A stretch of DNA of 64,000 nt from an uncultured Lachnospiraceae bacterium (GTDB lineage Bacteria; Bacillota; Clostridia; Oscillospirales; CAG-272), in assembly GCA_964568425.1 (NCBI GenBank), contig CAZMPO010000002.1, forward strand, positions 82,840 through 146,839. The letters are read 5' to 3'. This document shows positions 1 to 9,884 of this stretch, one piece after another (the stretch's first letter is position 1; every line of letters starts with the position of its first letter). Below the pieces are notes generated by a model. It made no database searches. It was not told the DNA's origin and saw only the letters and a program-made list of their open reading frames with translations. A program made the position numbers and the translations under genes.

Positions 1-1449
1 GAGCCGACGAGCGGATCTGTCACCATGAGCCCGGACACAAGAATGTCGGTGCTCAGACAGGATCACTTTGCCTTTGATGCCTACTCGGTCACCGATACCG
101 TCATAATGGGAAACAAAAAGCTTTACGATCTCATGAAGGAACGCGAGGCAATATATTTAAAGGATGATTTTTCCGAAGAGGACGGCGTGCGTGCCTCGGA
201 AATTGAGACAGAGTTTGCTGAAATGGGAGGTTGGGATGCCGAATCGGATGCATCAAAGCTCGTGCTCGGGTTGGGGCTCTCCCCAAATCTGCTCGATGCC
301 ATGATGAGCGATCTCAAGGAGACAGAGAAGATCAAGGTCCTGCTTGCACAGGCTCTTTTCGGAAATCCAGACATTATTCTGCTCGACGAGCCGACAAACG
401 GTCTCGATCTTGCCGCTGTCGGCTGGCTTGAGGATTTTCTGTCCAATTATTTCGGCACGGTGCTCGTCATATCCCACGACAGACATTTTCTCAACGATGT
501 TTGCACGAATATCGTCGATATAGATTACGGCGGCATAAAAATGTACGTCGGTAACTATGAATTCTGGTATGAGTCGAGCCGCCTTATACAGCGCATGATC
601 AAACAGCAAAACAGGAAAAACGAGGAAAAGATCAAAGAGCTTCAAGAGTTCATCTCGCGTTTTTCGGCAAATAAATCAAAATCCAAGCAGGCGACCGCAA
701 GGAGAAAGCTGCTTGATAAGCTGACCGTCGAAGAGCTGCCCGCGTCCTCACGCAGATATCCGTTCATCGGATTTGACATGGAAAGACTGCCCGGCAAGGA
801 TATACTCACCCTGACCGAGCTCTCCTGCGAGCGCGACGGCAACAGGCTCTTTTCAAATCTTTCGTTTGCTCTCGGCAAGGACGATAAGGTGGCGTTTGTC
901 GGCAATGAGACCGCAATAACCGCACTTTTCGAGATCCTTTGCGAAAAAGCAGAACCCACAAGCGGCAGCTTCAAATGGGGCGTCTCGATCACAAGATCCT
1001 ATTTTCCGCACGATAATTCGGAATTTTTCAACGGTCACGATGAGTCGATAATCGATTGGATGCGCCCCTATTCCAAGGATCAGACCGAGGCATATCTTCG
1101 CGGTTTCCTCGGCAGAATGCTTTTCTCGGGGGATGCCGTCTATAAGCCGGTAAAGGTTCTCTCGGGCGGCGAAAAGGTCAGATGTATGTTTTCTCGTATG
1201 ATGCTTTTCGGCTCAAATATGCTGATCGTCGATCAACCGACCGACCATCTCGACCTTGAGTCGATATCCGCGGTAAATATCGGTCTTTCGGATTTCAAGG
1301 GAAACATACTGCTTTCCTCTCACGACTATGAGCTTGTGAATACGGTCGCCAACCGAATTATCGAGATCACACCCGACGGTATGATCGATTACCGCGGAAC
1401 ATATGACGAATTTCTCGAATATAAGGCATCGCTTGCCGAAAACGCTTGA
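1..1449 (+). CDS. ABC-F family ATPase, YbiT-like (5' end cut by window edge)
   Basis: The frame is open from nt 1 (track ORF 25..1449). Motifs: KIKVLLAQALFGNPDIILLDEPTNGLD, ISHDRHFLN, linker FISRFSANKSKSKQATARRK, and second NBD LSGGEKVRCMF / LIVDQPTDHLD. The first Walker A must lie upstream of the window. Confidence 0.85.
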   Translation, partial: EPTSGSVTMSPDTRMSVLRQDHFAFDAYSVTDTVIMGNKKLYDLMKEREAIYLKDDFSEEDGVRASEIETEFAEMGGWDAESDASKLVLGLGLSPNLLDAMMSDLKETEKIKVLLAQALFGNPDIILLDEPTNGLDLAAVGWLEDFLSNYFGTVLVISHDRHFLNDVCTNIVDIDYGGIKMYVGNYEFWYESSRLIQRMIKQQNRKNEEKIKELQEFISRFSANKSKSKQATARRKLLDKLTVEELPASSRRYPFIGFDMERLPGKDILTLTELSCERDGNRLFSNLSFALGKDDKVAFVGNETAITALFEILCEKAEPTSGSFKWGVSITRSYFPHDNSEFFNGHDESIIDWMRPYSKDQTEAYLRGFLGRMLFSGDAVYKPVKVLSGGEKVRCMFSRMMLFGSNMLIVDQPTDHLDLESISAVNIGLSDFKGNILLSSHDYELVNTVANRIIEITPDGMIDYRGTYDEFLEYKASLAENA

Positions 1450-1459
1450 CGGTGATGTT

Positions 1460-1912
1460 ATGGGCGATGTTATGAATGTACTGATCAGTGCATGCCTGCT
1501 CGGCAGAGCCTGTCGCTATGACGGAAAGAGCAAAAAATGCATCGGCGAGGTCGACGGGATCAATTGGATCCCCGTATGTCCCGAATGCGACGGCGGACTT
1601 CCGACGCCCAGAGCTCCTGCTGAGATAGTCGGCGACAGAGTGATAAATTCATCGGGGGTCGATGTTACCGCCGAATACGAAAAGGGCGCGGAGATCGCAC
1701 TGCAGACCGCCGTCACGAGCGGCTGTCGCATTGCGGTCTTGAAGGAAAGAAGTCCGTCATGCGGCACGAGCAGTGTCTATGACGGAAGCTTTTCGGGAAA
1801 GCTCTGCGACGGCATGGGCATCACGGCAAGACTTTTGTCCGAAAACGGGATACGCGTTGTCGGCGAGAGCGAGTTTTTGTCGAAAAAACAGGAAATAATA
1901 AAATCTCTTTGA
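1460..1912 (+). CDS. DUF523 (TudS/YbbK-like) Cys-rich protein
   Basis: Track ORF 1403..1912. The first ATG after the upstream stop is at 1460. Motifs: VLISACLLGRACRYDG, PVCPECDGGLPTPR, LKERSPSCG. Confidence 0.7.
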   Translation: MGDVMNVLISACLLGRACRYDGKSKKCIGEVDGINWIPVCPECDGGLPTPRAPAEIVGDRVINSSGVDVTAEYEKGAEIALQTAVTSGCRIAVLKERSPSCGTSSVYDGSFSGKLCDGMGITARLLSENGIRVVGESEFLSKKQEIIKSL

Positions 1913-1948
1913 TCTTTTCAAATACTGCATCGAAAGGATGGGGTCTGT

Positions 1949-4117
1949 TTGGTAAAACGTCCGCTTTGTGTCTTTTGCGGATCTTTTCTCGCCGCGCTCC
2001 TTGCCTCCTCCTTTTTCTACGGAAGGATAAAGCCGATAGCCGCCGCCGTTTGTGCCTTGATCTTCGTTGTTTTCCTTATAGTCTTCTTACGAGGCGGGCG
2101 ATCGAGAGCGTGTACCATGACGGCGATCGCCTGCCTCGGCATCGCGGCGGCACTTGTTCTTTCCTATCTCTATTTCGATGTCCGATACAAATCGACAGCG
2201 GATAAATACACGGGCAGGGAAGCGGAGTGCGAGCTTGTCGTAACACGCACCCTTGTCGAGAGCGAGATGTACTGCCGATACGAAACGACGATCTACAAGA
2301 TCGACGGTAAAAAAACGGATATCCGTGCGATACTCGAGACCGAGTACGAGGCTTTTCTTGATGTCGGTGACCGCGTGAGCGTCAAGGGTGACCTTTCGGG
2401 ATCACGCACGGGAGGCTCTCTCAACGAAGGCTATTATCTCTCCAAGGGATTTTTCTTAACCGTCTCCTCGGGCTCGTCTGCCGCCGCAGAACAAAGACTG
2501 ATCGGGGTCGGCGATCATTCGAGCTTTGACGCACTTGTCGGTCGAATGAGCAGCGGCATCTACTCAAAGCTTTCGACAATGCTCGACAAAAGATCGGCGG
2601 GTGTGATGCGCGCACTTATTTGTGCAGACAAATCGACGCTCGATAACGAACTCTCGACAGATTTTAAGATCCTCGGACTTTCGCACATGCTCGCGGTCAG
2701 CGGTATGCACCTCGGAATAATCGCGGGTCTTGTCCGACTGCTTATGAACGTTCTGCCGATCGGACGCCGCTCAAGATCGCTGCTTGTTCTCGCTCTGTCG
2801 CTTGTCTATGTCATCGTCTGCGCATTTACGCCCTCGATCTGCCGCTCGCTCGGTATGCTGTCGGTACTCTTTCTCGAACCTTTTTCAAGACGAGAGCGAG
2901 ATATCGTCACCTCGCTTTTCTTTTCGGTCACGGTCATCTGCCTGATCTCGCCCTGTTCGATAATCGATATCGGACTGCTTGCGTCATTTCTGTCAACACT
3001 CGGAATAGTAACCCTCGGTGCGCGCCTTTCGGATAAGATCAGGACCAAACGTCGCATCCTCCGTGCGATACTCGATCCGCTGATCCTCACCTATTCGGCA
3101 ACCGTCTTTGTCATGCCGCTGTCGGTGTTCTGCTTCGGGTCGATGTCGATAATCGCTCCCGTGGCGAATATAATCTTCCTTCCGATATTGACGCTCGTCA
3201 TGTATTCGGCACCCGTCCTTCTTGTGCTCTCCTTTTCACCGCTCGCTTATGCCATTCCTGCGGCTGTAACATCACTTCTTTGCAGTGCTCTGTGCTCGCT
3301 TGCCGATCTTATGTCGCTTGACATCTTCTTGATCTCGCTTGACTTTGACCTGATAGCATATCTGACAGTCCCGTTTTGTGCCCTTGCACTCTTCTTTACC
3401 GTGAAGTCGGACGTCGGGGATGTCCTGCTCCCGATAGCTCTCGCGCTTTTTGTCGGAGTCGCGGTCACGCTGAATTATGTCTATGTCTGCCCCGAGACGA
3501 CCGAGCCTCTCTATGTGTCCGACGGTCAAAATGATGCCTTGATACTTGTTCACAAGAGATCGGCGATGATCATTGACAATTCAAGCGGCGGCGGAAGCTT
3601 TGTCCTTGAATGCATAAATAAAGCGTCCGAGTACGGCGCGAGTGTTGATACTATTCTCTTTACGCATCCGCATACATATCAGCAGTCGGGTATCTCGCGC
3701 GCCCTCACAAAATGTCGGGTCAAAAGTGTCGTGCTCATGGGATGCACGGACGATAATTACTACAATCTCCCCGAGTACCTCGAGCGAAACGAGATCACCC
3801 TCGACCGTGTCGGCAAGACCTACAGCTTTTCCTATGGGGATTTCACCGTCAATGTGTCTGTCGGCGAGATCGACCGCTCGGAGCATGACTGCAATGTCGC
3901 TCGTATCACGGCTCACGGCAAGACCACCGTGTACCTTGGCGCATCGTCATGGGAAAATGCCGATCTTTTCGATGTTGCCACCGTCGGCAGTGTCGATCGA
4001 CTCATCGTCGGCTCGCACGGACCGAAGATCAAGACCGATCTCGCCTTGCCCGAAAAATATAAAAATATCGAGATGATCACCGAAAATGCCGATGTTGCCG
4101 TCGTGTACGGTCGATAA
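1949..4117 (+). CDS. comEC: ComEC/Rec2-family DNA internalisation channel protein
   Basis: 722-aa polytopic membrane ORF with a TTG start and an SD-like aaaggatgg upstream. It carries the ComEC core motif LGLSHMLAVSGMHLGII and a C-terminal MBL-like domain (SDGQNDALIL ... ILFTHPHTYQQSG). Confidence 0.8.
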   Translation: MVKRPLCVFCGSFLAALLASSFFYGRIKPIAAAVCALIFVVFLIVFLRGGRSRACTMTAIACLGIAAALVLSYLYFDVRYKSTADKYTGREAECELVVTRTLVESEMYCRYETTIYKIDGKKTDIRAILETEYEAFLDVGDRVSVKGDLSGSRTGGSLNEGYYLSKGFFLTVSSGSSAAAEQRLIGVGDHSSFDALVGRMSSGIYSKLSTMLDKRSAGVMRALICADKSTLDNELSTDFKILGLSHMLAVSGMHLGIIAGLVRLLMNVLPIGRRSRSLLVLALSLVYVIVCAFTPSICRSLGMLSVLFLEPFSRRERDIVTSLFFSVTVICLISPCSIIDIGLLASFLSTLGIVTLGARLSDKIRTKRRILRAILDPLILTYSATVFVMPLSVFCFGSMSIIAPVANIIFLPILTLVMYSAPVLLVLSFSPLAYAIPAAVTSLLCSALCSLADLMSLDIFLISLDFDLIAYLTVPFCALALFFTVKSDVGDVLLPIALALFVGVAVTLNYVYVCPETTEPLYVSDGQNDALILVHKRSAMIIDNSSGGGSFVLECINKASEYGASVDTILFTHPHTYQQSGISRALTKCRVKSVVLMGCTDDNYYNLPEYLERNEITLDRVGKTYSFSYGDFTVNVSVGEIDRSEHDCNVARITAHGKTTVYLGASSWENADLFDVATVGSVDRLIVGSHGPKIKTDLALPEKYKNIEMITENADVAVVYGR

Positions 4118-4257
4118 GCCTTCCTAAACCTCGTGACACACCGCATATACCGTTTTTTACAAAAAAATCACGCAAATGCTTGGATTTTTCCCTAAAGTTT
4201 ATTTTCGGTTTACTTTTGCGTGCTGTAATTACATAGCTGAAGAAAGGAGATATTTAC

Positions 4258-4701
4258 ATGAAAACAGCTGTAGTTTACTATTCAAAACACCACGGAAATA
4301 CCAAAAAACTCCTCGATGCCATTGCAAAGCAATACGATATCGATCTGATCGATGTCACCCTTGACACCTGCCCCGATCTTTCGGCATATGACGCGATCGG
4401 TTTCGCGTCGGGCATATACTATTCCAAATTTCATGAGAGCCTTCTGAAATTTGCCGAGGAAAAACTGCCCGAGAACAAAAAGACCTTCTTCGTCTATACC
4501 GGCGGAACGAAGAAAAAGGGCTATACCTCGGCGATCGCCGACGCAGTCAGCAAACACGGCGCAAAGGTCCTCGGCGAGTACGGAAGCCTCGGTCTTGATA
4601 CCTTCGGACCGTTCAAGCTTATCGGCGGCATAGCAAAAGGACATCCCGACGATAATGACCTCTCGGGCGCGGTAGCCTTCTACGAGAGGATCATAAAATA
4701 A
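4258..4701 (+). CDS. flavodoxin-domain protein
   Basis: N-terminus MKTAVVYYSKHHGNTKKLL is flavodoxin-like. Strong SD gaaaggaga lies 8 nt upstream of the ATG. Confidence 0.7.
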   Translation: MKTAVVYYSKHHGNTKKLLDAIAKQYDIDLIDVTLDTCPDLSAYDAIGFASGIYYSKFHESLLKFAEEKLPENKKTFFVYTGGTKKKGYTSAIADAVSKHGAKVLGEYGSLGLDTFGPFKLIGGIAKGHPDDNDLSGAVAFYERIIK

Positions 4702-4768
4702 TAATTGACAATTCAGTCGATGAGTCGCCTCAAAAGACCTTGCTGCGGCACTTCGTACCGAATAAGAC

Positions 4769-4820
4769 AAGCCGTATCAAATGCAATTTTTCGGCATTTG
4801 ATACGGCTTTGTTTGTTTTC
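4769..4820 (+). terminator. Rho-independent terminator after the flavodoxin gene
   Basis: 16-bp perfect stem, aagccgtatcaaatgc (4769-4784) pairing with gcatttgatacggctt (4794-4809), followed by a T-rich tract. Confidence 0.8.
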
Positions 4821-4825
4821 TGCTA

Positions 4826-4854
4826 TTGACAATCGGACTCTTGTGTGATATAAT
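4826..4854 (+). promoter_or_regulatory. sigma-A type promoter (TTGACA-17-TATAAT, TG-extended)
   Basis: TTGACA at 4826-4831, a 17-nt spacer ending in tgtga, and TATAAT at 4849-4854. It lies upstream of the DUF4091 gene. Confidence 0.6.
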
Positions 4855-4898
4855 AGCCACATAAATATATTAAAAATGTAATGTACGGAGTGTTGACC

Positions 4899-6572
4899 AT
4901 GATAATTACAAAAATCGTTTCATCTCTTGAAAAAATGTTTATTGACGGCTCTATCGAGGCATACGAGCCGCTCGAGCGTCTGTCCGCGCTCAAAAACGAG
5001 CGAATTTCATTCCAGCTTGCCTATATCGGTGTCGGTGAAGGATGTCCGACACGCGATCTGCTTCACATTTCGGTCGATGGCGCACCTGTTGAGGATGTAT
5101 CGATCCGCGCTGTGAAAAATCTGCCTGTCGAGTTCCCTCTTTGGGACAATATCGACGACGGCAACTATCTCACGACTAAACCGGGGCTTTATCCCGATCT
5201 GCTCGTGCCGCTGAACTATAACTCATCGATCTCGGTGCGCAAGGATTGTCTCTACTCGGCGTGGATCGAGATAGATCTGCGTGATCACCCCGCACAGGCG
5301 GGCACTTACGAGATATCGGTCAAGCTGTCGGGCGCCGAGGGTGTGGTGAGCGAAAACAAGCTCACACTCACGATAGTGGACGCATCCCTTCCAAAGTCCG
5401 AGCTGATCTACACCGAATGGTTCCACTGCGACAGTTTGGCAAACTACTATAATGTACCCGTTTGGTCGGAGCGTCATTGGGAGATAATCGAAAATTTTGC
5501 AAAGACCGCACGCTCCAACGGCATAAACATGCTCCTGACCCCTGTGTTCACCCCTCCGCTTGACACGGCGATCGGCGGCGAGAGACTGACAACACAGCTT
5601 GTCGGCGTGGAGCTCATGGGTGACGGCGAATATGCATTCGATTTTTCAAAGGTCGATCGTTGGATCGATATGTGCGACAGGGTGGGCATCGAGTATTTTG
5701 AGATATCGCACCTGTTCACACAGTGGGGCGCACATCACGCGCCGAAGGTCGTCGCGACTGTCGACGGTGCTGAAAAGAAGATATTCGGCTGGGAGACCGA
5801 TGCCGCCTCGGACGAGTACCGCGAGTTTTTGCGCAAGTTCTTGGGCGCATTCATTGCCCACATGAAAGAGCGCGGCGACGATCGAAGATGCTACTATCAC
5901 ATATCCGACGAGCCGGGTGCCGATCATCTTGAGTCCTACAAGACCGCAAAGGCATCGGTTGCCGATCTGCTCTCCGATTATGTCATCATGGACGCACTTT
6001 CGGACTATGATTTTTACAAGCAGGGCATCGTTGAAACGCCGATACCGTCGAATGATCACATCGCACCCTTTATCGAGGGTGAGGTAAAGGATCTTTGGAC
6101 ATATTACTGCTGCGGTCAATGCACCGATGTGTCGAACAGGCTGATCGCGATGCCGTCATGGCGTAACCGCTCGATCGGCATGCAGATGTTCAAATACGAC
6201 ATCAAGGGCTTTTTGCAGTGGGGCTACAATTTCTACAACAACATGCTCTCGGACGCGGCGATCAATCCGTTTGTCGATACATGCGGCGAATATTGGGTAC
6301 CGGGCGGCGATACATGCTCGGTCTATCCGTCAATGCGCGGCGAGGCACTCGAATCGCTCCGCATAATCGTATTTTACGAGGGTCTCCAGGACATCTGTGC
6401 GATGAGACTTGCCTCAGATCTCTGCGGCAAGGACACGGTCGTTCACGCGATCGAGGAGATCTTCGGCGATGAGATAAGATTTGACAGATGCGCAAGGGAC
6501 GCACGCACGATGCTTGCGATCCGCGAAAAGGTAAACGCAATGATCGCCGAAAAGGTTTCTTTGGAGAGGTAA
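4899..6572 (+). CDS. DUF4091 / GH123-like glycoside hydrolase family protein
   Basis: Track ORF 4881..6572. ATG 4899 has a ggag 9 nt upstream. The family call comes from overall resemblance recalled from memory (for example WFHCDSLANYY, HISDEP, FLQWGYNFY). Confidence 0.55.
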   Translation: MIITKIVSSLEKMFIDGSIEAYEPLERLSALKNERISFQLAYIGVGEGCPTRDLLHISVDGAPVEDVSIRAVKNLPVEFPLWDNIDDGNYLTTKPGLYPDLLVPLNYNSSISVRKDCLYSAWIEIDLRDHPAQAGTYEISVKLSGAEGVVSENKLTLTIVDASLPKSELIYTEWFHCDSLANYYNVPVWSERHWEIIENFAKTARSNGINMLLTPVFTPPLDTAIGGERLTTQLVGVELMGDGEYAFDFSKVDRWIDMCDRVGIEYFEISHLFTQWGAHHAPKVVATVDGAEKKIFGWETDAASDEYREFLRKFLGAFIAHMKERGDDRRCYYHISDEPGADHLESYKTAKASVADLLSDYVIMDALSDYDFYKQGIVETPIPSNDHIAPFIEGEVKDLWTYYCCGQCTDVSNRLIAMPSWRNRSIGMQMFKYDIKGFLQWGYNFYNNMLSDAAINPFVDTCGEYWVPGGDTCSVYPSMRGEALESLRIIVFYEGLQDICAMRLASDLCGKDTVVHAIEEIFGDEIRFDRCARDARTMLAIREKVNAMIAEKVSLER

Positions 6573-6573
6573 T

Positions 6574-7956
6574 ATGTCGACACTTGACAAGCTTAAAGAA
6601 AAAGTGCAGGGGAAAAGGGTCGCGGTGCTCGGTATCGGTGTGTCGAACACTCCCGTTATAGATATGCTCCTCTCTCTCGGAGCGCGCGTCAGTGCGCATG
6701 ACATCAAGGATAGAGGGGCGCTCGGTCCTATCGCCGACGAACTTGAGGAAAAGGGCGTTCGTCTCGTCCTCGGGAAGGGGTATCTCGATAGACCCGACAC
6801 GGATATCATATTCCGCGCCCCCGGCATCCGTCCCGATCACCCGGCGATAGTTGCCGCCGTCGAGAGCGGAGCAATCTTGACGAGCGAAATGTCCGAGTTT
6901 TTCGACCTTTGCCCCGCAAAGATAATCGCAGTCACCGGCAGTGATGGAAAAACAACGACGACTACGATCATATCAAAGCTGCTTGAGGCAGATGGTAAGC
7001 GCGTCTTCCTCGGCGGCAACATCGGCAGACCGCTGCTCCCTGTTGTCGATCAGATGACAAGCGACGATTGGGCGGTGGTCGAGCTGTCGTCTTTTCAGCT
7101 TCAGACGATGCGCCGCTCGCCCGATGTCGCCGTGATAACAAATATCACGCCAAATCACCTGAATTGGCATGTCGATATGGACGAGTACATCGACGCAAAG
7201 CTCAATATCCTTCGCTACCAAAGCATATCGGGGCGTGCTGTCCTCAATTTCGAAGATCCGATCACAAGGTCGGCAGCCGATATTGCCGTCGGCGAGCATA
7301 TATTCTTTACCTCAAAGAGAGTGCCCGACGATACGCACGGATATGTTTACGAAAAGGACGGCGGAATATATTTTGACGGCGAGAGGGTGATCGCTACATC
7401 GGATATCATGATCCCCGGACGGCACAATGTCGAAAATTACATGGCGGCGATCGCCGCAACGAAAGGGATCGTTTCGCCCGACACGGTGCGCGCCGTCGCG
7501 AATACATTTGGCGGTGTTGAGCACAGAAACGAATTTGTTCGCGAGCTCGACGGCGTCAAGTATTATAACAGCTCGATAGATTCAAGCCCGACAAGAACCA
7601 TCGCCGCACTTCGCTCGTACGATCAAAAGCTGATCGTGCTCTGTGGCGGATATGATAAAAACATTCCCTACGAGCCGCTTGCCGAGCCTCTTTGCGAGAG
7701 GGCAAAGCTTGTCATACTTACGGGCGCGACAGCCCCCAAGATCATGGCGGCACTCGAGGCATGCCCGGCATATAAAAAAGATCACCCGACCATCGTTCTT
7801 GCAGATGACTACGGTCAGGCGGTCGACATCGCTCGCGAGAGAGCGGAGAGCGGTGACATTATTCTGCTCTCGCCCGCATCCGCAAGCTTTGATGCGTTCA
7901 AGAATTTCGAGGAGCGCGGAAATTTCTTCAAAAACAAGGTAAATTCGCTCAAATAA
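6574..7956 (+). CDS. murD: UDP-N-acetylmuramoylalanine--D-glutamate ligase
   Basis: N-terminal Rossmann motif VLGIGVSN and Mur ligase P-loop VTGSDGKTTTTT. Length 460 aa. SD ggagagg precedes the ATG. Confidence 0.9.
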   Translation: MSTLDKLKEKVQGKRVAVLGIGVSNTPVIDMLLSLGARVSAHDIKDRGALGPIADELEEKGVRLVLGKGYLDRPDTDIIFRAPGIRPDHPAIVAAVESGAILTSEMSEFFDLCPAKIIAVTGSDGKTTTTTIISKLLEADGKRVFLGGNIGRPLLPVVDQMTSDDWAVVELSSFQLQTMRRSPDVAVITNITPNHLNWHVDMDEYIDAKLNILRYQSISGRAVLNFEDPITRSAADIAVGEHIFFTSKRVPDDTHGYVYEKDGGIYFDGERVIATSDIMIPGRHNVENYMAAIAATKGIVSPDTVRAVANTFGGVEHRNEFVRELDGVKYYNSSIDSSPTRTIAALRSYDQKLIVLCGGYDKNIPYEPLAEPLCERAKLVILTGATAPKIMAALEACPAYKKDHPTIVLADDYGQAVDIARERAESGDIILLSPASASFDAFKNFEERGNFFKNKVNSLK

Positions 7957-7974
7957 TCAAAAAAGGATCCGAAA

Positions 7975-9246
7975 ATGAATTTTTCAAAAAAAGTTCTCGA
8001 TCTTGTCGGCATGGCGGAGTCCGCCCTTGCCGATCGCTTTGGCGAGATCGACAGAATATCGTTCAACAATACGGCAAGAGTGCTTGACGCCTTTGCCGAG
8101 CACAAGGTCGCCGAGGCGGATTTCGGTAGCTCCACCGGTTACGGCTACGACGATTGCGGCAGAGAAAAGCTCGATCGCATCTACGCCGAAGTTTTTTCGG
8201 CTGAATCCGCGTTCGTTCGCCATCAGATAGTCAACGGGACGCAGGCACTGACCATCGCGCTGTTCGGCATTTTGCGCCCCGGCGATGTTATGCTGTCGAT
8301 CACGGGCAAGCCCTACGACACGCTCGAAGAGGTCATCGGCATATCGGGACAGGCGGGGAACGGATCGCTTGCCGATTTCGGTGTCGAGTATAGACAGATC
8401 GACCTGACAGATGACGGAGATATCGATCTCGACAGCTTGAGAACGGCACTTTCGGAGGAAAACAACCGCATTAAAATGGTCTTTTTGCAGAGATCAAAGG
8501 GCTATATGAATCGCCCGACACTTTCGGTGGACGATATCGGACGCGCGGTGTCGGTCGTCAAGTCTCTGTCAGATGCTTATGTGGTCGTTGATAACTGCTA
8601 CGGCGAGTTTACCGAGGAGCGCGAACCGACGGCGGTCGGCGCAGATCTGATCGTCGGATCGCTGATCAAAAATCCGGGCGGCGGAGTGGCAGAGTGCGGC
8701 GGATATATTGCGGGTACTCAAAGGGCAGTCGAGCTTTGCTCCTATCGCCTGACCTCGGTCGGTGTCGGTCTTGAGGTCGGCGCAACCCTCGGTCAGAACA
8801 AAAACATGTACAAGGGCTTTTTCTATGCGCCTCATACGGTCGCGGCGGCTCTCAAGACCGCCATGCTCGCGGCTTATATATTCGAAAAGCTCGGATATGC
8901 CGTCGAGCCTCGATATGACGAGATGAGATATGATATCATTCAGTCGGTGTCGCTTGGCTCGGAGCAGGCAATGTGCGCATTCTGCAAGGGTATACAGGAG
9001 GGAAGTCCTGTCGACTCGCATGTCACACCACTTCCGTGGGCAATGCCGGGGTATTCGGACAACGTTATCATGGCGGCAGGCACATTTACGAGCGGTGCAT
9101 CGATCGAGCTGTCCGCCGACGGTCCCATCCGTCCGCCGTATACGATCTTCTTCCAAGGCGGTCTGACCTACGAAAGCGGAAAATACGGCATAATGAAGGC
9201 GGCAGAGCGCGTCATCGAGTTTCAGTCGGAGGATAGTCCGAAATAA
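7975..9246 (+). CDS. YnbB-like methionine gamma-lyase family (aluminium-resistance) PLP protein
   Basis: 423 aa. The N-terminus (ARVLDAFAEHKVAEADFGSSTGYGYDDCGREKLDRIYAEVF) is typical of the YnbB family. Confidence 0.7.
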   Translation: MNFSKKVLDLVGMAESALADRFGEIDRISFNNTARVLDAFAEHKVAEADFGSSTGYGYDDCGREKLDRIYAEVFSAESAFVRHQIVNGTQALTIALFGILRPGDVMLSITGKPYDTLEEVIGISGQAGNGSLADFGVEYRQIDLTDDGDIDLDSLRTALSEENNRIKMVFLQRSKGYMNRPTLSVDDIGRAVSVVKSLSDAYVVVDNCYGEFTEEREPTAVGADLIVGSLIKNPGGGVAECGGYIAGTQRAVELCSYRLTSVGVGLEVGATLGQNKNMYKGFFYAPHTVAAALKTAMLAAYIFEKLGYAVEPRYDEMRYDIIQSVSLGSEQAMCAFCKGIQEGSPVDSHVTPLPWAMPGYSDNVIMAAGTFTSGASIELSADGPIRPPYTIFFQGGLTYESGKYGIMKAAERVIEFQSEDSPK

Positions 9247-9794
9247 TTCAGCAGTCCAAGGTACATCCCCTCGGCATATAAGGCGGTCTCCTCCGACATG
9301 AGTGCCGCCTCGCTCGGCGTGGTGATAAATCCAAGCTCGACAAGGACTGCTGGCATGGCAGTCCTTCGCAGGACATAGAGTGACGGACGCGCGAAAACGC
9401 CTCGCGGTGCGATCCCCGTGACCTCGGAGATGCCGCCGATCAGAGCCTCTCCGAGATCACCCGCAACAGAGGGGAGCGAGTAGACATACGCCTCACTGCC
9501 GAGCGCGGTGGTGATCGACGATGCGTTTGCGTGAATGCTGATAAAATAATCGGCACCCCACTCGTTTGCCGCGCTGACTCGTCCCGCAAGTGAGGTCGAG
9601 TTTGATGTCCCGATGACGCTCTCGGGTGTCGGGCGTGACAGTCTTGCCTCAAAATTTGGGTCTGACGACAGCAGATCGCCGAGAAGTATGCCTGTTTTGT
9701 AGGTTATGTCCTGCTCACGAAGTCCGTTTCCCTCGGCACCGGCGTTGGGATTTGTCGGATTGTGCCCCTGATCGATGAAAATTTTGATTGCCAT
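9222..9794 (-). CDS. N-acetylmuramoyl-L-alanine amidase (Amidase_3)
   Basis: The C-terminal 190 aa of track ORF 9222..10580, starting at ATG 9794 (MAIKIFIDQGHNP...ADYFISIHANA...LVELGFITTP). The upstream part of that ORF is antisense to the next gene. Confidence 0.8.
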   Translation of the reverse strand: MAIKIFIDQGHNPTNPNAGAEGNGLREQDITYKTGILLGDLLSSDPNFEARLSRPTPESVIGTSNSTSLAGRVSAANEWGADYFISIHANASSITTALGSEAYVYSLPSVAGDLGEALIGGISEVTGIAPRGVFARPSLYVLRRTAMPAVLVELGFITTPSEAALMSEETALYAEGMYLGLLNYFGLSSD

Positions 9795-9884
9795 AATTTT
9801 TCCTTTCTTCGGGATGCTTCGGTCATTCTTTGTATAATTATATGGCAAAACCAAGATAAAGTTACAAACACGGAAAACACAAAT

